Source: an uncultured virus (IMG/VR IMGVR_UViG_3300024255_000007)
Lineage: Duplodnaviria; Heunggongvirae; Uroviricota; Caudoviricetes
Direction: 5' to 3' (one strand)
Length of the DNA: 62,635 nucleotides
IMG/VR virus record: IMGVR_UViG_3300024255_000007
Below, piece after piece: positions 20,824 to 28,742 of this stretch. Every line of letters begins with the position of its first letter. Position 1 is the stretch's first letter. The position numbers were made by a program, and so were the translations under genes. The notes below the pieces were generated by a model. That model did no database searches, had not been told where the DNA came from, and saw only the letters and a program-made list of their open reading frames with translations.

Positions 20824-21290
20824 TAGGCAGATTTATTATAGCAACAGGCATTCCTAAAAATATTACATACAGGCAAAGCATTCCAACACCTAAGGTTGGC
20901 GGGCCAGTTTAATAATACCGCTGTGGAAAAAGCTCTCGTATAGAAGCACACGTACATATTGATTGACACACCAGAGTGTGGAAGCCATCAAACAAATTGG
21001 GCTTACTAGTTGATATAGATTGCATGTTGGCAGTCGAAAAACACAACACAGTACATAAAAACTCTTTAGCAATAGGAACGAAGCGAGAGGTAGCGCAAGC
21101 GATGTCGACGTAGGTTGGGAAAGGTCAGAGCCCATTGTACTTTGTGTATAAACAATTACCTACTTCCAATGTCTCGGCTGGTGCGACTCACATGAAGCGT
21201 ATTTTGAGATTAGATGGGACCGTAACAGGTTCCGTCTGACTGAAACAATCTACATGAAACTTAAACATTATTACATTCGTAATAATGCAT
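20824..21290 (+). ncRNA. Candidate large structured non-coding RNA (unassigned family)
   Basis: No plus-strand ORF, GC-richer than the flanks, many nested helices with G-U pairs and GNRA loops (see findings). Boundaries are approximate. Confidence 0.6.
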
Positions 21291-21393
21291 TTGTTCATAT
21301 TATAATCACTTCTAACAAACATAATTATAAACGAAGTAAGTAGTTTGAGCGTTAGCGATAACTAATATCTACGAAGTAGATATTCAATAGTAT

Positions 21394-21401
21394 GATAAAT
21401 A
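21394..21401 (+). promoter_or_regulatory. Late promoter box GATAAATA
   Basis: T4 late-like box ~30 nt upstream of ORF 21433. Confidence 0.7.
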
Positions 21402-21432
21402 ACTTTAACTAGTACACAAAGGATTAACTCTG

Positions 21433-22164
21433 ATGAAAATAAATGATCTTCTTAATGAAAATGACTTAGATGAAGCACCAGCTGGAGCGTTAGGTCAAGC
21501 AGCACGTAAAATTGGCTCAGCTGTAGCAGGTAAACTTGGTATGCAAAATGCTGCTGGTAAGATGGCTACTAAGGCTGATGTAGGTGACGAAGCAAATCGT
21601 ATCAAAAGAGAATTAAATCAATTTATGTCAGGAGCAGGTATTAAGAAAAATCAATTAGAACTTAATGACCTAGTTGACTTTTTACAAAAAGCAGGGTTTG
21701 ATAAAAATTCAGTTGTACAAACTGTAAGAAAAATTGTTCCAAAGAAACCTGTTGCAACACCTAAGCCAAATCCAGCTACACTAACAGCTAGTTTAGACAA
21801 TAGTGTTACTGAAGCTGTTGCTCCGCAAGTAATTGATAAAGTTATTATGAGTTTAGTACAACAAGGGTTTAAACAACAAGCACCTGGTCAACAACAGCGC
21901 AGTAAATATGCTACAGATGGCGGTGCACCAGCAGCAGCCGGAAATAACAAAGCTGTAGCACAAGCTATGAACAAGTTTAAATCTACTACTGGTATTAAGA
22001 GTCCTGCAATAGCTGCTAAAGCATTACAAAAAGCAGGCAACGGTGAAGTACTAGCACCTAATGAAAGAAAAGAAATTGCACCGTTATTGGGTAAGTTAGC
22101 ACAAGCTATGAATGACCAAGGTGGTCAGCAACGTATTCTTCAATTGTTTAGACAAGCAAAATAA
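21433..22164 (+). CDS. Hypothetical late protein, possibly an internal head protein
   Basis: 243 aa, Ala/Lys/Gln-rich, late promoter. The N-terminus MKINDLLNENDLDE carries L-x-E motifs like gp21 cleavage sites. Confidence 0.65.
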   Translation: MKINDLLNENDLDEAPAGALGQAARKIGSAVAGKLGMQNAAGKMATKADVGDEANRIKRELNQFMSGAGIKKNQLELNDLVDFLQKAGFDKNSVVQTVRKIVPKKPVATPKPNPATLTASLDNSVTEAVAPQVIDKVIMSLVQQGFKQQAPGQQQRSKYATDGGAPAAAGNNKAVAQAMNKFKSTTGIKSPAIAAKALQKAGNGEVLAPNERKEIAPLLGKLAQAMNDQGGQQRILQLFRQAK

Positions 22165-22165
22165 A

Positions 22166-22396
22166 TTAAAAGAACGGTAATCCTGATTCTTTAGTAGTTT
22201 CTAAATTTCCTTGAATCATTTCGTGAAGAAGTTCACGATCTTCTATACATAAATCAAATGCATGATCAATAGTTAAGCTACCTCGACTAAACCATGCAAA
22301 TTTAAATAGTTCTAATTTTAAATTTTTACACTCGTTTTCAAGGACCTTAACTTCTGCTAATACTTCTTCGACCGTTAAAGTTAAGATCCTTATACG
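22166..22396 (-). CDS. Start-less ORF (76 codons), probable -1 frameshift extension of the gp26-like chaperone (gp51/lambda-T-like position)
   Basis: Manual translation: RIRILTLTVEEVLAEVKVLENECKNLKLELFKFAWFSRGSLTIDHAFDLCIEDRELLHEMIQGNLETTKESGLPFF*. It exactly fills the gap, has no in-frame ATG until codon 60, and is entered by a -1 shift at T_TTT_TTC. Confidence 0.75.
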   Translation of the reverse strand, partial: RIRILTLTVEEVLAEVKVLENECKNLKLELFKFAWFSRGSLTIDHAFDLCIEDRELLHEMIQGNLETTKESGLPFF

Positions 22397-22402
22397 AAAA
22401 AA
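22340..22402 (-). promoter_or_regulatory. Programmed -1 ribosomal frameshift cassette (slippery heptamer plus stem-loop)
   Basis: T_TTT_TTC at 22402-22396, a 4-nt spacer, then AAGGATCTTAACTT (22391-22378) pairing with AAGTTAAGGTCCTT (22353-22340): 14 bp with one G-U. Confidence 0.75.
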
Positions 22403-23241
22403 CTTGATGGGTCAAATATCAAAGGCAGTTCATAGGTTTCAGGAACACCTTTTTCAATTTCCTCCGGAGTTGCATCAACAATCATAGGTTTAATTTTAAA
22501 CTTATCTTTTTGTACTTCGATGTGCTTGCTTATTAGTTCAAAAACAGTTTTTTCACTATTATTAATAAAATCTGCAATCATTGCTGGGTTAACTACAACA
22601 TCTTCACCAACAGTAATGCTAACAATACTTTTTTCTAATGTTCTAACTGTTAGTGCAGTAAGTTTTTTAAAGCTATCTCTAAAAAGTGCTATTTTTTCAT
22701 TTTCAGGCATGTCGTTATTTGACACTGCATTAAAGATACGCTGCTCTTCAAACGTTTCGTTTGTTGTGTCGGTCATTTCTTTATATGTTAGCGGTCTAAC
22801 TTCGAATGATAGTTCGTTAGTATGTAACTGAGTCTCAAATGACTCGACTTGAATAGTATCCAGCAGTCTTATTAAGTCTAAAGAGAATGTTTTTTCTTCT
22901 GATATTACTGGAGTAAATGAACTAATGTCCATATTCTCTCCATATGTAGCAATACGGATAGCAATTAGTATTGCATCAAAGTCTGTACTTGGTGTTTGCC
23001 AAGCATCTTTGATATTAGGAACACAACTTTGAATTAATTCAACAGTTGCTTCGCCGTTTAATAACGCATCTGGTGTTTTAGTCATTAATTCGTCTTTAGC
23101 TGTCATAGCAAATACTGGAATTTCACCTGACTCAGGTAAATCAATAGAGCCTTGTTTCCAAAATTGCCCTTTAGATGGTAATGTAATATAAATTTTAGGC
23201 TGTCTATAAAATTTATGTAACGGATTATTTGTTTCCGACAT
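22390..23241 (-). CDS. gp26: Baseplate hub / tail assembly chaperone, T4 gp26-like
   Basis: 283 aa; 'P.IYITLPS.G...MTAKDE.....D.DAILIAIRIATYGE' is the gp26 family pattern. Divergent from the tape measure gene. Confidence 0.75.
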   Translation of the reverse strand: MSETNNPLHKFYRQPKIYITLPSKGQFWKQGSIDLPESGEIPVFAMTAKDELMTKTPDALLNGEATVELIQSCVPNIKDAWQTPSTDFDAILIAIRIATYGENMDISSFTPVISEEKTFSLDLIRLLDTIQVESFETQLHTNELSFEVRPLTYKEMTDTTNETFEEQRIFNAVSNNDMPENEKIALFRDSFKKLTALTVRTLEKSIVSITVGEDVVVNPAMIADFINNSEKTVFELISKHIEVQKDKFKIKPMIVDATPEEIEKGVPETYELPLIFDPSSFFV

Positions 23242-23252
23242 GTTTTTCTCCT

Positions 23253-23292
23253 GATAAATACAATGTGTAAATATGTATCATATATATTTATA
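23253..23292. promoter_or_regulatory. Pair of opposed late promoters
   Basis: GATAAATA on + (23253-23260) toward the tape measure gene; TATAAATA on - (23292-23285) toward the gp26-like gene. Confidence 0.65.
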
Positions 23293-23319
23293 TACGTAGT
23301 TAATTGGAGAGATGAATAA

Positions 23320-25908
23320 GTGGCAGAAGAAGTCGATATTGGTAATGTAGGCGGCGAAGCCGGAGTAGCTAGTGAAGTTACTCTGCGTAGGCTTCTTGTG
23401 GCTATGGATAAGTTGGCAAAAGCAAATGGCATAAATTCTCCTAAACAACAAGTATTACAAAATTATGAAAAATCACTAAAAACTGCTTCCGGTAGTATTG
23501 CAGACAACACAGAAGAGCGTGATAAAAATACTGCTGCACTGAAAAAGAGCACAAGTACACTATCAGGTTTAGCAGGTAACGCATTTAATGGATTAGTTGC
23601 CGGAATTGCAGGAATTGCAGGTAGTGCAACTGGACTATCTAAACAACTTGTTATGGGAGGCACTAGATTATCTGATTTTGCTGATCATTTACCTGTGGTA
23701 GGAGAGCATTTAGGTAGTTTTACTCGATTCTTAGAAGCGGCAGTGGATAGATTACGTAGTTTTTCCGATGTAGGTATATCTTTTAATAATGATATTAAAG
23801 AAATGGGAAGAAGCTTAGTAACATCAGGTATTAATGCAGAAATACTTGAAAATGCACTAATTGGAAATTCAGATGTAATGAAAATGTTAGGTAGTACTGC
23901 TAGTGAAGGTGCAAAACGATTTATTCAATTAAATCAATCAATGGGGGAGCAAGGATTACGCGGCCAATTGATTGGTATGGGACTTACTGTTGAAGGCGTT
24001 GTGGAAGGTTTAGCAAGCTATACTAGAAACCAAGCACGTTTAGGTAATCTAGAAAGACTATCTAATGATCAATTACTACAAGGTAGTGTAAGTTACATTA
24101 AAGAACTAGATAAACTAACAAAAATTACAGGCATGAATAGAAAAGATGCTGAACAGGCACTTGCTGCAACTCAAGCCGATGCAATGGTTCGTAGTATTAG
24201 ATCTGAAATTCTAGCTAGAAATGGAAATGTAGCTGAATTTGATGCAAACACAGCTAGACTGAGTCAAATAGCAGAGCAAGGCGGCGGCGCAGCAGTAACA
24301 GCACTAAAAGGATTAGCAGATGGAATTGCAAACAATCCATTAGAAGCTTCATTAGTAAGTATGACTGACGGTCTTGCATTAGAAACAATGAAAGCATACC
24401 GAGCAGGAAACTTAACTCAAGAAGAATTTAATGATAGACTAAAACAAATGGGCCCGATGATGGCTGATTTCATGAATAGTCCCGAAGCAATTGGCGGATT
24501 GAGACAATTAGGACATCCGATTGCAGATTTACAAGATAGTGCAGCAGCATTTTTATCTATTACAGACGCATCAGGTAAAGCAGCAGAAGACGAACAAGCA
24601 CAACGAGATGATCTTACAAATGGACTTGCTCAATTTAGTAATATGATTGAACAAATGAGAGCAAAAATTCTTACACCGATGATAGATAAATTAGCACCTG
24701 CAATTACTAATCTATTAGATGGTATGTTTACTGACGAAAAGATACAAGGATTTATTACAAACTTTAATCAATTTGTTGACGAGTTTGCTGCTAATCCTTC
24801 AGGAAAGATTAGCGAAATATATGAAAATATAAAAGATTATTTCTTAGGTGAGCTAGTAGATGTAGATCCAAGAGATCAAGAAACTGATATGCAACGCCAA
24901 GGAGGATTATTTGAAAAAATAGCATCCGGATTTGCTGATATGTATAAATTTGTATCAAATAAGTTCTTAGAACTTGTGGGGTTCGAAACTGGAGAAGGTT
25001 CCGAATCAATATATGCACAATTTTTGAAAAAGATTGGACTTGAAGATTCCGAAACTGCTGGTAAAAGTTTAATGTCACAGGTTATGGACAAATTATTTCC
25101 TCCTGGCGAAGAAGGTGAAAGCTTAGGAGTGCGAATTGGTAACGCATTTGTAGATTCTATAAAAGATTTTATGTCATCCACTGGCGGCACACAATTAGTA
25201 GACACTGTTGGTTATCACTTTGAAGGAGTAATGTTAAGATTACAAGAAGGAATTGATAATAAGTTAGGTGTATTAGATAACGAAAGATTAAGACGAGAAC
25301 GTAAAGACTACGAAATCCGCGGACTTGAGTCTGGAAGATTAGATCCTGCTAATGCTACTTTAGTAAACGAAGATCTACAAAAAAATATTAATAGGTTAGA
25401 GTATATGCAAGGCCAAGTTGTTGGCGAGCAACTACAAGCATCTAATGGTCTCTTTGGTGTAGGTGCAAGAGAAGCAGAAACAGACGAAGAATATGCAGCA
25501 AGGATAGAAGCATTTAGGAACCGACCAATGCCTGCAGATCTATTAGTTGAAATTGCTAAACATAGGGCAATATTAAACCCTGCTGGACAGCCACCACAGT
25601 TTAGGAACGGTACTAACGGATTTAGAGACTTTGGAACAGGTACACTAGCAGAACTACACAATCGTGAAGCAGTTGTTCCTGAAGATAGCAACGCTGGTAA
25701 GTTTTTAGCAAATGCAGATAAGATGCAAGCACAATTAAATTCATTGACAACTAATAATAATGGTGCTACAATTAATCAAGAAGGTGTCATAAATGCTATA
25801 AATCAATTAAATACTACTATGAGTAACACCGCTTCTATTTTAATGTCAATTGAAAAAAATAGTAAGAAACAAATATCTGCACTTGGATCCGTAGGATCGG
25901 TGTATTAA
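23320..25908 (+). CDS. Tape measure protein (gp29-like)
   Basis: 862 aa, helical Ala/Gly/Leu-rich, GTG start. C-terminal 'F..GT.GF.DFG.GTLAELH..EAVVP' motif is common in tape measure proteins. Next to the chaperone gene. Confidence 0.7.
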   Translation: MAEEVDIGNVGGEAGVASEVTLRRLLVAMDKLAKANGINSPKQQVLQNYEKSLKTASGSIADNTEERDKNTAALKKSTSTLSGLAGNAFNGLVAGIAGIAGSATGLSKQLVMGGTRLSDFADHLPVVGEHLGSFTRFLEAAVDRLRSFSDVGISFNNDIKEMGRSLVTSGINAEILENALIGNSDVMKMLGSTASEGAKRFIQLNQSMGEQGLRGQLIGMGLTVEGVVEGLASYTRNQARLGNLERLSNDQLLQGSVSYIKELDKLTKITGMNRKDAEQALAATQADAMVRSIRSEILARNGNVAEFDANTARLSQIAEQGGGAAVTALKGLADGIANNPLEASLVSMTDGLALETMKAYRAGNLTQEEFNDRLKQMGPMMADFMNSPEAIGGLRQLGHPIADLQDSAAAFLSITDASGKAAEDEQAQRDDLTNGLAQFSNMIEQMRAKILTPMIDKLAPAITNLLDGMFTDEKIQGFITNFNQFVDEFAANPSGKISEIYENIKDYFLGELVDVDPRDQETDMQRQGGLFEKIASGFADMYKFVSNKFLELVGFETGEGSESIYAQFLKKIGLEDSETAGKSLMSQVMDKLFPPGEEGESLGVRIGNAFVDSIKDFMSSTGGTQLVDTVGYHFEGVMLRLQEGIDNKLGVLDNERLRRERKDYEIRGLESGRLDPANATLVNEDLQKNINRLEYMQGQVVGEQLQASNGLFGVGAREAETDEEYAARIEAFRNRPMPADLLVEIAKHRAILNPAGQPPQFRNGTNGFRDFGTGTLAELHNREAVVPEDSNAGKFLANADKMQAQLNSLTTNNNGATINQEGVINAINQLNTTMSNTASILMSIEKNSKKQISALGSVGSVY

Positions 25909-25917
25909 GGAAGCTAA

Positions 25918-27663
25918 ATGAGTTGGAAAAAATATTTTACCCCAGTACCAACAGGAGATAACCCAAGCGGAACATTTTCTCCGCTGTCAGGATCTCGAGG
26001 ATATATGCCCGGTCCTGCAGCAAGGAATTATAATTCACATCTTCCTGATGTTTATGTTGGTTCACCAAACCGTATTGAACGTTATGGTCAATACAATACA
26101 ATGGACAGTGACTCAGAAGTAAATGCTGCTTTAGATATTCTTGCTGAGTTTTGTACACAAAAGAATGATCAGAACGGTACTAATTTTAAAATTGATTTTA
26201 GACAAAAGGCAACTAATTCAGAAGTAACAATTATATCACAGTATCTACAACAATGGTGTAAAATAAACAAGTTTGAAACTAGAATGTTTAGACTGTTACG
26301 CAATACATTTAAGTATGGTGATCAAATATTTGTTAGAGATCCAGAAACTAAAAAATTATTTCACGTTGACTGCGCTAACCTTACAAAAATTATTGTAAAC
26401 GAAAGTGAAGGTAAAAGTCCTGAGCAGTATGTTGTTAAAGATATGAATCTTAACTTTAAAGATCTTGTTGCAACAACACCACATCAAACTCAAGGTCAAT
26501 TAAATAACGGCGGACAAGGCAGTTACCAAAGTTCTAGTGCAGGTAAAGGATATCTTGCAGGACAAAGTGCAGGACAAGCAGGCACAAGGTTCAGTAGAGA
26601 AGAAAGTGAAATAACAATTTCATCAGAACACATTTTGCATTTGAGTTTATCAGAAGGCTTAGACAACAACTATCCGTTTGGTAACAGTCTACTTGAAACT
26701 ATTTTTAAAGTTTACAAACAAAAAGAATTACTCGAAGATGCTATTATTATCTATCGTGTACAACGTGCGCCAGAGCGCAGAGTATTCTACGTTGATGTGG
26801 GCAACATGCCTTCACACCTTGCTATGCAATTTGTTGAGCGTGTTAAAACGGAAATACATCAAAGACGTATCCCATCGGCGACAGGCGGCGGTCAGAATGT
26901 CATAGACAGTTCATATAATCCACTGTCAATCAACGAAGATTACTTTTTCCCACAAACTGCTGAAGGGCGTGGATCAAAAGTTGAAACACTACCAGGCGGA
27001 ACTAACCTAGGAGAAATTGATGACCTTAGATATTTTACTAATAAGCTTGTACGTGGTTTACGAATTCCTAGCAGCTACTTGCCTACCGGCGCTGACGATT
27101 CAGCTAGCCAATACAATGACGGTAGAGTAGGTACTGCATACATACAAGAATTACGTTTTAATACATACTGTGAAAGACTGCAAGGTTTACTTGTAGAAGG
27201 TTTTGATCAAGAGTTTAAACGTTATGTATTAGAAAAGGGTGTAAACATTGATACGTCAATGTTTGATTTATCATTCCAGCCACCACAAAACTTTGCAGCA
27301 TATAGACAAAGTGAAATTGATAATGCACGTATTCCTACATTTACACAAATGAGTGCTATACCTTATGTTTCAAATAGATTTGCAATGAAACGTTTCTTAG
27401 GAATGACAGACGAAGAAATTGCAGATAACGAACGTATGTGGCGTGAAGAAAATGACGAAGCTCTAGAGCAACCGCCTACTGACGCAACAGGTGAAATGCG
27501 TTCAGCAGGAGTTACTGGTGCTGGAATTGAAGGCGATTTAGCTGGAATTGAAGACGAAGCATTAGATACAGATATAGAAGCAGGCGGAGATACAACACCA
27601 CCTGACACTGTTACAGGACAAGAGTTAGGTTCTGGAGCAGCAACAACGGACCAAACGGTATAA
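25918..27663 (+). CDS. gp20: Portal vertex protein, gp20-like
   Basis: 'LLEDAIIIYRVQRAPERRVFYVDVGNMP', 'EDYFFP...GRGSKVETLPGG', 'DDLRYF..KL..GLRIP.S' are T4 gp20 hallmarks. Confidence 0.95.
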   Translation: MSWKKYFTPVPTGDNPSGTFSPLSGSRGYMPGPAARNYNSHLPDVYVGSPNRIERYGQYNTMDSDSEVNAALDILAEFCTQKNDQNGTNFKIDFRQKATNSEVTIISQYLQQWCKINKFETRMFRLLRNTFKYGDQIFVRDPETKKLFHVDCANLTKIIVNESEGKSPEQYVVKDMNLNFKDLVATTPHQTQGQLNNGGQGSYQSSSAGKGYLAGQSAGQAGTRFSREESEITISSEHILHLSLSEGLDNNYPFGNSLLETIFKVYKQKELLEDAIIIYRVQRAPERRVFYVDVGNMPSHLAMQFVERVKTEIHQRRIPSATGGGQNVIDSSYNPLSINEDYFFPQTAEGRGSKVETLPGGTNLGEIDDLRYFTNKLVRGLRIPSSYLPTGADDSASQYNDGRVGTAYIQELRFNTYCERLQGLLVEGFDQEFKRYVLEKGVNIDTSMFDLSFQPPQNFAAYRQSEIDNARIPTFTQMSAIPYVSNRFAMKRFLGMTDEEIADNERMWREENDEALEQPPTDATGEMRSAGVTGAGIEGDLAGIEDEALDTDIEAGGDTTPPDTVTGQELGSGAATTDQTV

Positions 27664-27666
27664 ATA
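27659..27666 (+). promoter_or_regulatory. Late promoter TATAAATA
   Basis: Exact T4 late consensus overlapping the portal stop codon, 4 nt before the next ATG. Confidence 0.75.
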
Positions 27667-27670
27667 CAAT

Positions 27671-27916
27671 ATGATACTTAGAGAACTATTTTATTTTGAT
27701 CCAGACACTATTGAGCCTACAGAGGACAATAGGTATGAACCTCAGTATGACGAGTCACCTATTAAGAAAGGTGATACTCGCAAAACCAAATTAACATTAC
27801 GCCAGATAAACAGAATACGTAAAGCAAGCGAACTACATAACAAAGAAGCAAAAGAAGAACTGCAATTTGTAAGACAAATGTATGGCATTGCTAACCAAGC
27901 TGAAGCTGGCATTTAA
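27671..27916 (+). CDS. Small hypothetical head-module protein
   Basis: 81 aa between the portal and scaffold genes; TAATG coupling to the next gene. Confidence 0.75.
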   Translation: MILRELFYFDPDTIEPTEDNRYEPQYDESPIKKGDTRKTKLTLRQINRIRKASELHNKEAKEELQFVRQMYGIANQAEAGI

Positions 27917-28626
27917 TGGCAAAAATAGACAAGACTCAATACACAAAACAAGAATGGCGAGAAATTAGAAACCAACGCCGTATCCAAAAAGTTGTAGAAA
28001 AAAATAAAAAACTTGTCGAAACTAGTCACCGAAAAAATAAAAAAACTGCATTTGTATTAGGCAACGGCACTAGTCGTGCTACAATTGATCCTGCCGATCT
28101 TTGGCCATACGGTAAAACATACGGATGCAACGCATTATATAGATCTTTTGCACCCGACTTCCTTGTAGCAGTAGATGTAAAAATGATATTAGAAATTAAT
28201 AAATCTAAATATCAACATACACATTCAGTATGGACTAATCCTAATAAAAGCTATTCTCACATCAAACATCTAAATTTTTTCTCTCCAAGTAAAGGATGGA
28301 GTAGTGGCCCGACAGCATTATGGTTAGCAAGTCAACATGGTTACGAAACAATTTATATTTTAGGGTTTGATTATAAAGGGTTAAAAGATAATACATCGTT
28401 TAATAACATATATGCAAGTACTATGAATTATAAAAAATCTACAGACGGACCTACTTTTTATGGGAATTGGATGCGCCAAACACGTAGTGTAATCCAAGAA
28501 AACAAAGATATTAACTATGTAAGAATAATAGCATCAGATAATTATTCACCCGACGAACTAAATACTTTTGACAATTATAACGAAGTTCTTGTTGAAGATT
28601 TCACGAAAATGTTCGAAATATCATAG
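27916..28626 (+). CDS. Putative glycosyltransferase-like protein (DUF115/Maf / Cst-II-like Rossmann fold)
   Basis: 'AFVLGNGTSR...GCNALY...D.LVAVD...SSGPTAL.LA...G...IYILGFD' pattern. Confidence 0.6.
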   Translation: MAKIDKTQYTKQEWREIRNQRRIQKVVEKNKKLVETSHRKNKKTAFVLGNGTSRATIDPADLWPYGKTYGCNALYRSFAPDFLVAVDVKMILEINKSKYQHTHSVWTNPNKSYSHIKHLNFFSPSKGWSSGPTALWLASQHGYETIYILGFDYKGLKDNTSFNNIYASTMNYKKSTDGPTFYGNWMRQTRSVIQENKDINYVRIIASDNYSPDELNTFDNYNEVLVEDFTKMFEIS

Positions 28627-28683
28627 TGCCAGCCGAAAACAGCCTGTTTTTGGCCTATTTCTGCATACTTTTTTCCGTATAGA

Positions 28684-28690
28684 GTAAATA
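28684..28690 (+). promoter_or_regulatory. Late promoter box GTAAATA with a leader hairpin downstream
   Basis: TAAATA, then the hairpin TTACCC-AACA-GGGTAA, then an AGGAGA SD and ATG at 28743. Confidence 0.55.
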
Positions 28691-28742
28691 GTATTGACAG
28701 CCTTACCCAACAGGGTAATACATTCATTTATAGGAGAAAACA

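Noticed and set aside
20890..21135. 81-aa minus-strand ORF in the non-coding tract
   Set aside because: No SD or promoter and an atypical composition; the plus-strand promoter and RNA-type pairing explain the region better. Not formally excluded.
20881..21260. Group I/II intron, RNase P or tmRNA identity for the structured tract
   Set aside because: No interrupted gene, no group II domain V, only a weak partial likeness to the group I R element with no S element, and no RNase P or tmRNA terminal signatures.
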